Shown piece by piece: positions 20,603 to 30,622 of a stretch of DNA of 64,000 bases. The notes below the pieces were generated by a model. The model was not told the origin of the DNA. It did no database searches and saw only the letters and a list, made by a program, of their open reading frames with translations. The stretch covers positions 88,440 through 152,439 of the forward strand of contig JAWXBR010000009.1 in the NCBI GenBank assembly GCA_034440235.1, given 5' to 3'. Both the position numbers and the translations under genes were made by a program. Origin of the DNA: a bacterium. Its GTDB lineage: Bacteria > Bacteroidota > Ignavibacteria > Kapaibacteriales > Kapaibacteriaceae. Each line of letters begins with the position of its first letter. Within the stretch, counting starts at the first letter, position 1.

Positions 20603-21907
20603 GTGACGGCACTTCAAAACATCGCCTCCCTCGTCACTGTGTCCGCCGAAGGCTCGCCACACAAAACCAGTGCGTCGATGCAGGACGTCGGCGAGATCAC
20701 CAACGGTGCCGTGTTGTTCGATGAGGTCATCGAGTGGGTCGGCACATCGGATGCTCTACATGCTGAGCTTGTACGTAGGGGACTAAGGGTTGCTGACGCA
20801 CACATCGGCGCTGAAGCACGCACCGACGCTGACGCACGCACCGACGCTGACGTCAACATTGTCGATTGCGCGGGCAGGACCGTCATGCCGGGCTTCGTCG
20901 ACTCACACACACACATGGTGTTTGCTGGGTCGCGCGCGCATGAATTTGCGCGGAGACTTGCAGGAGTGCCCTATCAGACGATTGCTGCTGAGGGTGGTGG
21001 AATTCTTTCGTCGATGCGTGCAACACGCGAAGCTTCGCTCGAGGAGTTGGTAGCGCAGGGACGCCTCCTGATTCGCTCGGCACGAAACCACGGAACAACG
21101 GCGCTCGAGATTAAAAGTGGCTACGGACTTTCACTTGAATCGGAGCTGCGAATACTCGAAGCAATCGGTATTCTCAAAAAAGAATTTGCCTCATTGCCAC
21201 GAGAACAGCGTGTACACGTTCACGCGACATTTCTTGGTGCACATGCATTCCCTCCGGAATACGCCAATGATAGAGAAGGTTATATAAGACTTCTCGTCGA
21301 CGAAATGCTACCCGCAGTTGCGTCGCAAGGTATTGCAGAGTTTTGTGATGTATTCACAGATACTGGATACTTCACGGTCGAGCAATCTGAACGTGTGCTT
21401 GCCGCGGCAAAGGAACACGGACTTCGTCTCAAGGTGCACGCCGAAGAAATCGAACATACTGGTGCAACGCAGATGGCTGCACGCATGGGATGCATAAGCG
21501 CCGACCATCTCGAAGAGATTACAGGAGCTGACATCATTGCCATGTGCGATGCTGGTGTTGTCGCCACACTTCTGCCGGGAACCGCATACACACTACGTCT
21601 AAAGCCCCCTCCAGCACGCCCCTTAATCGATGCAAATGCCATTGTGGCACTTGCATCCGATTGCAATCCGGGTTCGTGTCTTTGCGAAAACATGCAGCTC
21701 ATTCTTTCGCTCGCTTGCATCACGATGCACATGAGCATCGAAGAAGCTATTGTTGCCTCGACGCTGAACGGTGCAGCGGCGCTAGGCATATCGCATCTAA
21801 CGGGCTCGATTGAAGTAGGTAAACGCGCCGATTTGGCGATGTACAATGTGCCGTCGTACAAAGACCTTGTCTATCACTTCGGTGTGAACCAGCACGTTCG
21901 TATTTGA
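20603..21907 (+). CDS. hutI: Imidazolonepropionase
   Basis: VMPGFVDSHTHMVFAGSR metal-binding motif. Amidohydrolase fold over about 430 aa. Carries an in-frame ARTDADARTDAD duplication. Confidence 0.85.
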   Translation: MTALQNIASLVTVSAEGSPHKTSASMQDVGEITNGAVLFDEVIEWVGTSDALHAELVRRGLRVADAHIGAEARTDADARTDADVNIVDCAGRTVMPGFVDSHTHMVFAGSRAHEFARRLAGVPYQTIAAEGGGILSSMRATREASLEELVAQGRLLIRSARNHGTTALEIKSGYGLSLESELRILEAIGILKKEFASLPREQRVHVHATFLGAHAFPPEYANDREGYIRLLVDEMLPAVASQGIAEFCDVFTDTGYFTVEQSERVLAAAKEHGLRLKVHAEEIEHTGATQMAARMGCISADHLEEITGADIIAMCDAGVVATLLPGTAYTLRLKPPPARPLIDANAIVALASDCNPGSCLCENMQLILSLACITMHMSIEEAIVASTLNGAAALGISHLTGSIEVGKRADLAMYNVPSYKDLVYHFGVNQHVRI

Positions 21908-21958
21908 CTTGCAAAGACACGTAGCCTTACCCGGTCTGACTTACAAAGACCCATTACC

Positions 21959-22621
21959 TTAGTCGTGTCCGGTGTAGCTGTTCGATTCTGCAACTGGTTT
22001 TGATTCGGGCGATCCCTTTTGTCGAAGGAATATTTGAAGCACTACTAACACTGCAACGGAAAGGAATTCGCTCTGCCAGTTCTGGAATGACTCGAACCAG
22101 CATTTGGCACTACTCATGTAGTCGAAGAGTGAAATGAGATGTTTGCCTTGATAAAATAGTTGATCGTTCTGATCTCGCATACCACCGTAGGCATGAAGAA
22201 CGAATGACCCAACAAACAGAAGCAGCAATGCAATAGACAGGGAATTTTCATATAGGACAAGAACAAGGCCACCTTTACGCACAGGCCATGGTGCATTGGG
22301 GTCGGTTCTGTGTCTTCGTGGGTCTTCGTCCTCCGGTTCTTTCTGATTGAGTTTTTTTGATTCAGGCGATCCTTTCTGCTTTAGCCAAATCGTTAGGAGT
22401 ACGTAAGCCAGCATCTGCAGGAACTCGCTCTCCCAGTTTTCGAACACAGATTCGACGAACGCACCGCTGCCTAGGTAGGTAGCATAGTTGAGTGTGATCT
22501 GTCTGTGTTCTACCAACTCCTCGTTATGCTGGACATGCCCGCTGCAACTATGAAAAAACAGAAACACTGCAAAGCAGCTGAACATCACAATCGAAAGTCC
22601 ATTATATCGGAGAAAGCGCAT
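21959..22621 (-). CDS. Hypothetical membrane protein with internal duplication
   Basis: Hydrophobic segments. Two repeated modules (F.NW.SEFL....L.....L.QKGSPESK). Start moved to the internal Met (MRFLRYNG) to avoid overlap with cysS. Confidence 0.5.
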   Translation of the reverse strand: MRFLRYNGLSIVMFSCFAVFLFFHSCSGHVQHNEELVEHRQITLNYATYLGSGAFVESVFENWESEFLQMLAYVLLTIWLKQKGSPESKKLNQKEPEDEDPRRHRTDPNAPWPVRKGGLVLVLYENSLSIALLLLFVGSFVLHAYGGMRDQNDQLFYQGKHLISLFDYMSSAKCWFESFQNWQSEFLSVAVLVVLQIFLRQKGSPESKPVAESNSYTGHD

Positions 22622-22637
22622 GTTGTAAATTCCTTTT

Positions 22638-24230
22638 ATGCAGATAAGACTCTTTAACACCCTTACAAAATCGGTAGACCCCTTCACGCCCCTTAACGGC
22701 AACGAAGTGCGGATGTACTCATGCGGTCCGACCGTCTACGACGTCGCCCACATCGGTAACATGCGTTCGTTTCTCTGCAACGACTTGCTGCAGCGCGTCC
22801 TGAGGGTTGTCGGCGGGTACGACGTGAAGTGGGTGATGAACATCACCGACATCGACGACAAAACTATTCGCAATTCGGCAATTGGTTCCAACAAATGGGT
22901 CGACGCAATGGGCGTGCAGACCGACGACGCTCGCGAAAACCTGCGCCTGCTCACGCTTTATCACGAACGTAAATTTTTCGCCGACTTAAATACTCTGAAC
23001 ATCAAGCGCGAGAATTTTGCTGCAAACCCGCGCGCGACAGATTTCTTTCCGCAGATGAAGGAGCTCATCCGCGACATCCTTGCCTCCGGACACGCCTACA
23101 TCAGCGACGGCAGCGTGTACTTCAACGTCGCGTCGTACAGCAAGGAACACCCGTACGGACGTCTCTTCCACATCGACACAGAGAACTTCCGCGAGGGTGT
23201 TCGCATCGATGCCGACGAATACGACCGCGAATCGGTAAGCGATTTCGTCTTGTGGAAGGGGCGAAAGGGGGCTGAACCTTGGTGGGACTTCGAAGTGAAT
23301 GACGCTCGTCAATCTGGAGAAATCTCAAACCAGCCAGGAAAGACTGTAGTCCAGCCGGGACAAACCATAAACCTTCCCGGACGTCCCGGATGGCACATCG
23401 AATGCTCGGCTATGGCGCATGACCTACTCGGTCTTCCGTTCGACATTCACACGGGCGGCGTCGACTTACGCTTCCCACATCACGAAGACGAACTCGCGCA
23501 ATGCACAGCTGGATATCATGTGGCAGAGCAAGCCACATTTTGGGTACACAACGAATTCCTTGAGGTCGACGGACGCAAAATGAGCAAGTCGCTCGACAAC
23601 TTCTACAGTCTCGATGAACTAGTAAAACGCGGCATCGATCCGCTCGACGTGCGCTTTGCAATGCTCGCTACACATTATAGATCTGTTTACGGTTTTACAT
23701 TCGATGGAATCGAGGCACTTGCGCGTGGACGCAAACGCATACAAGAAGCCATCTATGAACTGTATGAAAATGCCACCGTCGACGATGAAGCCGCGGCGAT
23801 TGCCGACGATACAACCACGGCGATGCGTAATTCATCTAATGCCAATTCATTCGACACGCAAGCATTTCGAAATGCTGTAGGCGAACGACTAGCCGACGAT
23901 CTTCATACACCAACTGCACTGGCAGCCGTATACAGCACGATAAATAATGTCGATATAAAGACCCTTGACGCCCCCTCCCGAGCCTCGATGCTCGATGTTT
24001 TGCGCATGCTCAACGAAGTGTTCGCAGTGTGGGAATTCACAGAGCGTCCTATCGAAGATGAGGACAATTGGCCCTCCGAAGTGCGCGAGATGAGTGAGCA
24101 TCGTCAAAGTGCACGCCATCGCAAAGATTGGGCCGAATCAGATCGTTTGCGTAATGAGTTGAACACACTAGGTTTCATTGTCGAAGATCTTGGACCTAAC
24201 ATTCAGCGTTTGAAGAGAAAGGGAAAGTAG
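22638..24230 (+). CDS. cysS: Cysteine--tRNA ligase
   Basis: N-terminus MQIRLFNTLTKSVDPF...VRMYSCGPTVYD, the zinc-site Cys in the HIGN region, and KMSKSLDNF. Confidence 0.9.
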   Translation: MQIRLFNTLTKSVDPFTPLNGNEVRMYSCGPTVYDVAHIGNMRSFLCNDLLQRVLRVVGGYDVKWVMNITDIDDKTIRNSAIGSNKWVDAMGVQTDDARENLRLLTLYHERKFFADLNTLNIKRENFAANPRATDFFPQMKELIRDILASGHAYISDGSVYFNVASYSKEHPYGRLFHIDTENFREGVRIDADEYDRESVSDFVLWKGRKGAEPWWDFEVNDARQSGEISNQPGKTVVQPGQTINLPGRPGWHIECSAMAHDLLGLPFDIHTGGVDLRFPHHEDELAQCTAGYHVAEQATFWVHNEFLEVDGRKMSKSLDNFYSLDELVKRGIDPLDVRFAMLATHYRSVYGFTFDGIEALARGRKRIQEAIYELYENATVDDEAAAIADDTTTAMRNSSNANSFDTQAFRNAVGERLADDLHTPTALAAVYSTINNVDIKTLDAPSRASMLDVLRMLNEVFAVWEFTERPIEDEDNWPSEVREMSEHRQSARHRKDWAESDRLRNELNTLGFIVEDLGPNIQRLKRKGK

Positions 24231-24252
24231 TTATGAAGTACGCAGTTGCACA

Positions 24253-25143
24253 ATGATTAAGCGTGTTACTATCATCGGTGCAGGCAAAGTAGGCAGTGCG
24301 CTCGCGACGCGATTGAAGCACGCTGTCGTAGATGTGCGCGTTGTACGTCACAATGAATTCGATGAGTGGTGCGCATCAAACGAACCTACTGGCGACGTTG
24401 TTGTTATTGCTGTACGTGATACCGATGTAAAGCATGTCGCCGAAGCTTTAATACGTTGCTGGCAAGTAGGAGTGGAAAACAATTCTATGCAGACTGGGAG
24501 GCCTGCAAGTGATAGTCCAACACACGACAGGTTTGCAAACACATTGGTATTACATGTTAACGGTTCGATGCGGCTAGATGTCTTGCAAGCGTGTGCCGAT
24601 GCGGGCGCACGGGTAGGTGCAGCACATCCATTTCAAACGTTTGGCGATGCCGATGAGAGTGCGCTCGATGGCATTGGATGGGGTATAGAGTGTGCCGATG
24701 CGGAGTGGCCATTGATGAAAGAGTTTGTGAAACTCACGGCTGGTGTGCCATATCGCCTTGTACTTGTTGACGATGAACATAAACGAGTTTATCATACGGC
24801 TGCTATTGCCGCATCAAACTATACGTATGCTGCGTACGAGCATGCACGTCGTCTTGCCCAGCACGCAGGTATTCCACTAGATGTGTTCCTATTGCCGATA
24901 ATGGAGCGCACATATCGCAATGCAGCGAGGGCAATCGAGGAAGATGTAGCATTCCCGTTAACTGGGCCAATTCAACGCGGCGACGTCGCAGCCGTAACGC
25001 GTCAGCTTGCGTCGATGCCAGACGCAGAAAAGCTCGTATACATACACTTATCGCTAGCATTACTGAATATAAATAAAACAACCATGACAGTCGCTACGTT
25101 CGAGACGATGTCGTCGCTGCTTATGAACGGGCTCAAGCTATAG
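24253..25143 (+). CDS. Rossmann-fold NAD(P)-binding protein (DUF2520 / P5C-reductase-like)
   Basis: N-terminal VTIIGAGKVGSALATRL dinucleotide-binding motif. Remainder is not diagnostic. Confidence 0.45.
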   Translation: MIKRVTIIGAGKVGSALATRLKHAVVDVRVVRHNEFDEWCASNEPTGDVVVIAVRDTDVKHVAEALIRCWQVGVENNSMQTGRPASDSPTHDRFANTLVLHVNGSMRLDVLQACADAGARVGAAHPFQTFGDADESALDGIGWGIECADAEWPLMKEFVKLTAGVPYRLVLVDDEHKRVYHTAAIAASNYTYAAYEHARRLAQHAGIPLDVFLLPIMERTYRNAARAIEEDVAFPLTGPIQRGDVAAVTRQLASMPDAEKLVYIHLSLALLNINKTTMTVATFETMSSLLMNGLKL

Positions 25144-25197
25144 TCGTGAAGAATGTTGGCTTTACGTTACCTTGAGTGCGCTGCAATCAACGTCCTT

Positions 25198-25860
25198 TTA
25201 GCCTGAAGCAGCAGCTCGCATCGCTTTAATGTTCGACTCTATGTCACCCTTCATGATTCCGCTACCACTTACGAGAATAGAGGCGCCCGCTTTTACTGCA
25301 TCGCGTGCGTTGTCGGCCTTGATGCCACCGTCGACTTGAATGTTAACATGTTCGTAATCGTTAGCATCGAGCCACGATCGCAACCTTTTACAGCGATCGA
25401 GAAATGACGGAATAAAGGACTGTCCGCCGTAGCCCGGATTCACACTCATCAGTAGAATGAAGTCGGAGTTCACAGCCCCCTCCATTGCGAAATCGAGTGG
25501 CGTCGACGGATTCAGAACAATACCAGACTTGCAGCCTAGCTCTTGAATACGTGCTAGAGTGCGATGCAAATGGTTGCACACTTCTGCATGCACGCTAATC
25601 CACGAGGCACCAGCGGCGGCGAATTGCTCGAGCTGTTCGTCGGGATTTTCAACCATAAGGTGACAGTCAAGGGGCAGCGCAGTGATGCGCTTAAGGGTCT
25701 CGACGATAAGCGGACCAAACGTAATCGGCGGCACGAAATGTCCGTCCATAACATCGACATGCAGCACATCCGCACCACCTCGTTCACATGCGCGCACATC
25801 GTCCTCGAGCCGCGCAAGGTCAGAGCTTAACAATGAAGGTGCAATCTGAATCTTGTTCAT
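25198..25860 (-). CDS. rpe: Ribulose-phosphate 3-epimerase
   Basis: IAPSLLSSDLARLEDDVRACERGGADVLHVDVMDGHFVP... ; length 220 aa. Confidence 0.9.
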   Translation of the reverse strand: MNKIQIAPSLLSSDLARLEDDVRACERGGADVLHVDVMDGHFVPPITFGPLIVETLKRITALPLDCHLMVENPDEQLEQFAAAGASWISVHAEVCNHLHRTLARIQELGCKSGIVLNPSTPLDFAMEGAVNSDFILLMSVNPGYGGQSFIPSFLDRCKRLRSWLDANDYEHVNIQVDGGIKADNARDAVKAGASILVSGSGIMKGDIESNIKAMRAAASG

Positions 25861-25864
25861 TTCA

Positions 25865-27388
25865 TTACTCGGAAAGTCGTTTCAAATGTTCGGCAACGCG
25901 AAGCCAAGTCGATCGATGTATTGGCGTAGGCGGAAGCTCAAGTGCAGCGAGCACGTCATCGACATACTGCACCTCGCGCATACCAACTAACACAGTGTCA
26001 ACGCCGGGTGTGTTCACAAGACAATGAATTGCAATGTGTTGCAATGGGGTATCAACAGGAAGTCCAAATTCATCGGTCATGGCGAGTCGCAACTCATCGA
26101 GACTGCCATTTTCTTCGCCAGCATACATCCACTCAACATCATCGAGCAATACAGCAATATCATTGATATACGCATTTACTTGCACAGGGTCGGATGCTCG
26201 ATGTGCAACCGTTTCTGCGGCGTTGAGACGTGGCGCCAGGTATGCCTCGCGCACGTCACGCCAATGGGGAAGTCCGCTAAACTTATTCCACGTCTGACAC
26301 AATGCGCCTGCAATTTTAAATGTCTCTTGCACTGCCGCACGTTCACGTTCACCAAGCGTGGTATCCATTAACACGAGCTGTACCACATCGTGCTCCACCG
26401 TCTCCATTGCATGAATGCGGGCCTCGATGTCCTGCGGATGAATTACATGCGTCGGCATTTCATGCGTCACAAGACGTATCAACTCATCACCACCAATCGC
26501 ATTCAACGGACGGTTCGTTAACACGCGCACACTGTGTTGTTCTGCAAACTCTAAAAACGTCTGCTTTGCATTGTTCTGATTAAACGTTGTAGCAGCTTGG
26601 TGTTCAATTAGATTGAATGGCACCTGAGCATACCGCATGTTGTTCTTAGAATCGACGCGCTCACCAGCAACAACCTCTTTTGCAGCAACAACCTCTTTTG
26701 CAGCAACAACCTCTTTTGCAGCAACAACCTCTTTTGCAGCAACAACCTCTTTTGCAATTGCATGACAACGTTCTAGCGACACAAAATCTGGCGCATCTAT
26801 TTCACGGGCAAACGTATTGGATGAGATGCCGTAGCCCCTTATCAGGCCCCTTGCCACCTGCGTTTCGAGCCATTCGAACGCAAGCCGAATGCGATCGTAA
26901 AACGTTGTTCGAGCGTCTTCGATCGACATGCCTTGTTGATGCGCATGGGCCAGGAAATACTCTGGGTTGTGCAGCAACAGGCCATCGATTGCCTTGCCCT
27001 CGGCAATCTTCAAGCGCTCTCGCGAAACCGCAAGTGCATCTTCGAGATACTCGGGATGTATGCAGTGCCACAACGAATCGCTCATTACAACAACGTCTGG
27101 ATACGGATCGCCGCTTGCATACCGTCGCATCGCCATTTCGAGCGCCTCGCCTTGAACATAACCAAGTTTAGTAATGAGTTCAACGCCTGCGCTGCGGCTC
27201 TCATCGACAGAGTTTAGCATTCGACCTACAAGCTTCTCGCTGCGTCCGTTGCCGTAATTCGAGCTTGTATCGATAAGGGGCACGCCATGCTCAAGCGCAT
27301 GGCGCAGGGCGCGTTCGTGGTCGGCGTTGCCGTCGACGGTGCGATACGTTCCAAAACCGACGGGAAGTCGCATATCAACGGCCTCCAC
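25865..27388 (-). CDS. Aldo/keto reductase family oxidoreductase with an in-frame (AKEVVA)x5 tandem-repeat insertion
   Basis: N-terminal AKR motifs (..GFGTYR..., LIDTSSNYGNGRSEKLVGR). The 18-bp unit CTCTTTTGCAGCAACAAC is repeated 5 times at about 26664-26756. Confidence 0.7.
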   Translation of the reverse strand: MEAVDMRLPVGFGTYRTVDGNADHERALRHALEHGVPLIDTSSNYGNGRSEKLVGRMLNSVDESRSAGVELITKLGYVQGEALEMAMRRYASGDPYPDVVVMSDSLWHCIHPEYLEDALAVSRERLKIAEGKAIDGLLLHNPEYFLAHAHQQGMSIEDARTTFYDRIRLAFEWLETQVARGLIRGYGISSNTFAREIDAPDFVSLERCHAIAKEVVAAKEVVAAKEVVAAKEVVAAKEVVAGERVDSKNNMRYAQVPFNLIEHQAATTFNQNNAKQTFLEFAEQHSVRVLTNRPLNAIGGDELIRLVTHEMPTHVIHPQDIEARIHAMETVEHDVVQLVLMDTTLGERERAAVQETFKIAGALCQTWNKFSGLPHWRDVREAYLAPRLNAAETVAHRASDPVQVNAYINDIAVLLDDVEWMYAGEENGSLDELRLAMTDEFGLPVDTPLQHIAIHCLVNTPGVDTVLVGMREVQYVDDVLAALELPPTPIHRSTWLRVAEHLKRLSE

Positions 27389-27923
27389 TCGAGATACCGA
27401 TTTGTATTCCGAACGGAGTTTGTCCGCCTTCGAGCGTGTACCAATTCCCGACTAGCGCAGTTTGTAGTCGCAGAAAGTCGAAGACTTCGACGCTTCCGCC
27501 AATGCCGCTCATCGTGGCCATCCCAAACGCCAATGTGTTGTCGGAGAAAAAGTCAAAGCTGGTGAGACCCGAAGCGGAGCTCATCGAAAGTCCCATTTGC
27601 AGGAATGCGAACATTCCTAGACGTCCGTTGCCCACAATGTACACGCCGGGTCCGACCAGGACGTTCAACAAATCGCGCCTCTGTAGATCCGCGCCCATAA
27701 TTGCTCCGCCGAGCCACCACCTACGGTCTTCGTCTAGCGATTGAAACGCCTGAAAGCCGAAGCCCGAATTGGGTCCGTTGTTGTGCTGCGGCGACCAAGT
27801 CCGCTGATACGAAAGCATCAGCCACGAGGTGCTCGGTGTAGAGGAGCCGCCCATTTCGGACTGGGCATGGAGTGGTGACAGGGAAAGTGTAACGGCAAAC
27901 AGAAGGATGGCGATAGTTGGCAT
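27375..27923 (-). CDS. Hypothetical secreted protein
   Basis: An internal Met gives signal peptide MPTIAILLFAVTLSLSPLHAQSE. Gly/aromatic-rich beta-like sequence. Confidence 0.4.
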   Translation of the reverse strand: MPTIAILLFAVTLSLSPLHAQSEMGGSSTPSTSWLMLSYQRTWSPQHNNGPNSGFGFQAFQSLDEDRRWWLGGAIMGADLQRRDLLNVLVGPGVYIVGNGRLGMFAFLQMGLSMSSASGLTSFDFFSDNTLAFGMATMSGIGGSVEVFDFLRLQTALVGNWYTLEGGQTPFGIQIGISSGGR

Positions 27924-27939
27924 TCGCAAAGATGCGAAT

Positions 27940-28000
27940 GATTCCGGGAGATAATGATTCCCGGAATCAGGCCCATTCCGGGAATCATTATCTCCCGGAA
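27940..28000. repeat. REP doublet: two 27-nt REP units in inverted orientation (27940-27966 and 27974-28000), 7-nt spacer
   Basis: ATTCCGGGAGATAATGATTCCCGGAAT and its reverse complement ATTCCGGGAATCATTATCTCCCGGAAT. Each unit is itself a 9-bp stem / 9-nt loop hairpin. It lies immediately 5' of the RAYT gene. Confidence 0.75.
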
Positions 28001-28119
28001 TGAACAATCACGTGTGTCACAAGAGGTACGGTGGGTTTTACATAGAAGTAGTGGGCCATTGAACACCAATGGCCGGTCACAAGCACATCAATACTGAACA
28101 ACCTTTTCCTGGGGTACTT

Positions 28120-28713
28120 ATGCCACGTCGTACAACGCAATTCATTCGCGGTCATCACTATCACTTGTACAATCGTGGTGCATTACGCGGGCTCCTATTT
28201 CACGAGCCAGAGAATTACCAGCTCTTTCTGCATTTGCTTGATACTTACGCAACACAATGCGAGTGCACGATTCTCTCCGTGTGCCTCATGCCGAATCACT
28301 TCCACGTGCTCATCCGACAGGATGGAGATACTGCAGCAGGTAAGGTCATCGGATTGACTTGCCTCGTTTTCGGTCGTAAGATGAACTATCGCTACAGACG
28401 ATTTGGTACGCTACTACAAGGGCGCTACCAGTCCAAGTTGGTACATGATGAATCATACCTACGCCACCTTTGTCGATACATACACGCAAATCCAGTAGTA
28501 GCAGGGCTAGCGAAAACACCTGATGATTGGCCTTATTCGAATTTTTCGGAGTGGATGGGGAATCGTGACACACTGCCGTACTGCAAGGAGTTCGTCGAAA
28601 CTTATTTCCCAAATACAGTAGATTATCGCGAGTTCGTGTCTCAACAGATTTGGCAGAACAAGCTCACGAATGAAGATCTGGCACGTGACCTTGCGAAAGC
28701 ACGTTTGATATGA
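28120..28713 (+). CDS. REP-associated tyrosine transposase (RAYT; IS200/IS605-like Y1 TnpA)
   Basis: MPRR... start, HYHLYNRG motif, HuH motif PNHFHVLI, and catalytic-Tyr region CRYIHANPV. Flanked by REP units on both sides. Confidence 0.75.
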   Translation: MPRRTTQFIRGHHYHLYNRGALRGLLFHEPENYQLFLHLLDTYATQCECTILSVCLMPNHFHVLIRQDGDTAAGKVIGLTCLVFGRKMNYRYRRFGTLLQGRYQSKLVHDESYLRHLCRYIHANPVVAGLAKTPDDWPYSNFSEWMGNRDTLPYCKEFVETYFPNTVDYREFVSQQIWQNKLTNEDLARDLAKARLI

Positions 28714-28808
28714 TGACGCGGACTATAGCCTCGAGCGATAGATGTAGCACAAAAAGGGTTTTAATCTTAGACCTACTGATTCTATATTCTTAACGACTTA
28801 CACCGATC

Positions 28809-28835
28809 ATCCCGGGAGAGAATGATTCCCGGAAT
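28809..28835. repeat. REP element copy 3' of the RAYT gene
   Basis: ATCCCGGGAGAGAATGATTCCCGGAAT has 2 mismatches to the unit at 27940. Confidence 0.7.
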
Positions 28836-28855
28836 CAACTGGGTAACTTTGTGCC

Positions 28856-29989
28856 ATGGAATCTCCTCGAAAAACCATTCTCTCCGGCATGGCGCCCTCC
28901 GGCGAACTAACAATCGGACACATCGCGGGCGCTCTTCGCAATTGGGTGCGTCTTCAGGAAGAATACGATTCTCTGTTCTGTGTGGTCGACCAGCATGCAA
29001 TTACGTTGCAGCAGGAGCCGGCGAAACTGCGAAAATGGACCCTGGACGTTGCGGCGATGTATATCGCTGCGGGCGTCGACCCCTCACGCAGTGTTGTGTT
29101 CATACAGAGTCATGTTCCTGCACACGTAGAACTTTCATGGGTGCTGACGTGCATGACGGGGATGGGCGAGTGCTCGCGGATGACGCAATTCAAGGACAAG
29201 AGTGAACGCAATACCGACAAAGTAAATGTCGGACTCTTCACGTATCCGATCTTGATGGCTGCTGATATACTTGTTTACAATGCCGATCTTGTGCCTGTTG
29301 GTGAAGATCAGAAGCAACACCTTGAGCTCGCGCGCAATCTTGCTGAGAGATTTAATCATCGTTACTCGCCGACGTTTAATGTGCCGGAGCCGCATATTCC
29401 GGAGGTGGGCGGACGTATCATGTCGCTGCAAGACCCGACGTCGAAGATGTCGAAGTCCGATCCAAACACAAAGGCATCGATTTTTCTTACCGATTCTGAC
29501 GATGTTATTCGCAATAAAATCAGACGCGCAGTTACCGATTCTGGCGTCAGCGCAGTTACCGATTCTGGCGTCAGCACAGTTACCGATTCTGGCGTCAGCG
29601 CAGTTACCGATTCTGGCGTCAGCGCAGTTACCGATTCTGGCGTCGAGGCAGGTACCGGATCGGGCGATCAAGCCAAGCCGTCTATTCGTGTAGACCCTAC
29701 GCGTCACGGAATCACCAACCTCATGACACTTCATCATATCGCAACGAACAAGTCATTCGCCGAAATCGAGAAGGAGTTCGAAGGTGCCTCGGGATACGGC
29801 GACTATAAAGAAGCCGTCGGCGAAGCCGTTGCGAACTACATTAGTCCCATTCGCGAACGCTTCACACACATTCGCGCAGATGAAGATGCGTTGCGAACAA
29901 TCCTTCGAAATGGCGCAGACGCAGCTCGTGAACGCGCACGCAAAACGCTGCGCAAGGTCTACAAAAAAATCGGTTTCATAGAATACTGA
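28856..29989 (+). CDS. trpS: Tryptophan--tRNA ligase with an in-frame (VTDSGVS)x5 insertion
   Basis: ILSGMAPSGELTIGHIAGAL (HIGH-like) and KMSKSDPN. A 21-bp unit is repeated about 5 times at 29530-29644. Confidence 0.9.
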   Translation: MESPRKTILSGMAPSGELTIGHIAGALRNWVRLQEEYDSLFCVVDQHAITLQQEPAKLRKWTLDVAAMYIAAGVDPSRSVVFIQSHVPAHVELSWVLTCMTGMGECSRMTQFKDKSERNTDKVNVGLFTYPILMAADILVYNADLVPVGEDQKQHLELARNLAERFNHRYSPTFNVPEPHIPEVGGRIMSLQDPTSKMSKSDPNTKASIFLTDSDDVIRNKIRRAVTDSGVSAVTDSGVSTVTDSGVSAVTDSGVSAVTDSGVEAGTGSGDQAKPSIRVDPTRHGITNLMTLHHIATNKSFAEIEKEFEGASGYGDYKEAVGEAVANYISPIRERFTHIRADEDALRTILRNGADAARERARKTLRKVYKKIGFIEY

Positions 29990-29993
29990 CACC

Positions 29994-30620
29994 ATGCCCA
30001 CATACGACTATCAATGCCACACGTGCGGCAAACGCTTCGACTTGTCACAATCCATCAAGGCCGACACACTTACACATTGTCTCGAATCTGTTTGCGAACA
30101 AGCAGATAAGGGTAAGGGGCTCGTCGAAAGGGTCATCTCCGGCGGCTCTGGTGTTATTTACACCGGTGCGGGCTTCTACCTGACGGACTACGTGCACAAA
30201 CCCGGCAGTGCCAAGGAAAACGAACGTTCGGCTGCTTCATCGTCGAATAGGGAATCGTCGAACGCAGACTCGTCAGGCAAGGAGTCGTCGAACGCAGACT
30301 CGTCAGGCAAGGAATCGTCGAACGCAGACTCGTCAGGTAAGGAATCGTCGGGCAAGGAATCGTCGAACACGGACTCGTCGAGTTCGAGCAAGGCGGCGGG
30401 TGCGCCAAGTACGACAGCGTCTACAGCGAAGCAAGACACTCGTAGCAAAGACGCAGGCTCGGCAAAGAAAGAGTCGTCGGGGAAAGAGTCGTCGGGGAAA
30501 GAGTCGTCGGGGAAAGAGTCGTCGGGGAAAGAGTCGTCGGGGAAAGAGTCGACGAAAAAAGATTCTAGCGGGTCGTCTGCAAGTGCAGGCTCTGCATCAC
30601 CATCATCGGATAAGAAATAA
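29994..30620 (+). CDS. FmdB-family zinc-ribbon protein with long Ser/Lys/Glu-rich repetitive C-terminal tail
   Basis: MPTYDYQCHTCGKRFD...HC...C matches the FmdB CxxC...CxxC zinc ribbon. The tail carries repeats (ESSNADSSGK)x3 and (KESSG)x6. Confidence 0.7.
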   Translation: MPTYDYQCHTCGKRFDLSQSIKADTLTHCLESVCEQADKGKGLVERVISGGSGVIYTGAGFYLTDYVHKPGSAKENERSAASSSNRESSNADSSGKESSNADSSGKESSNADSSGKESSGKESSNTDSSSSSKAAGAPSTTASTAKQDTRSKDAGSAKKESSGKESSGKESSGKESSGKESSGKESTKKDSSGSSASAGSASPSSDKK

Positions 30621-30622
30621 CT

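Noticed and set aside
29135-29737. 200-aa minus-strand ORF with (ARIGNCAD)n repeats
   Set aside because: Antisense to trpS, produced by the 21-bp tandem repeat. trpS is unambiguous.
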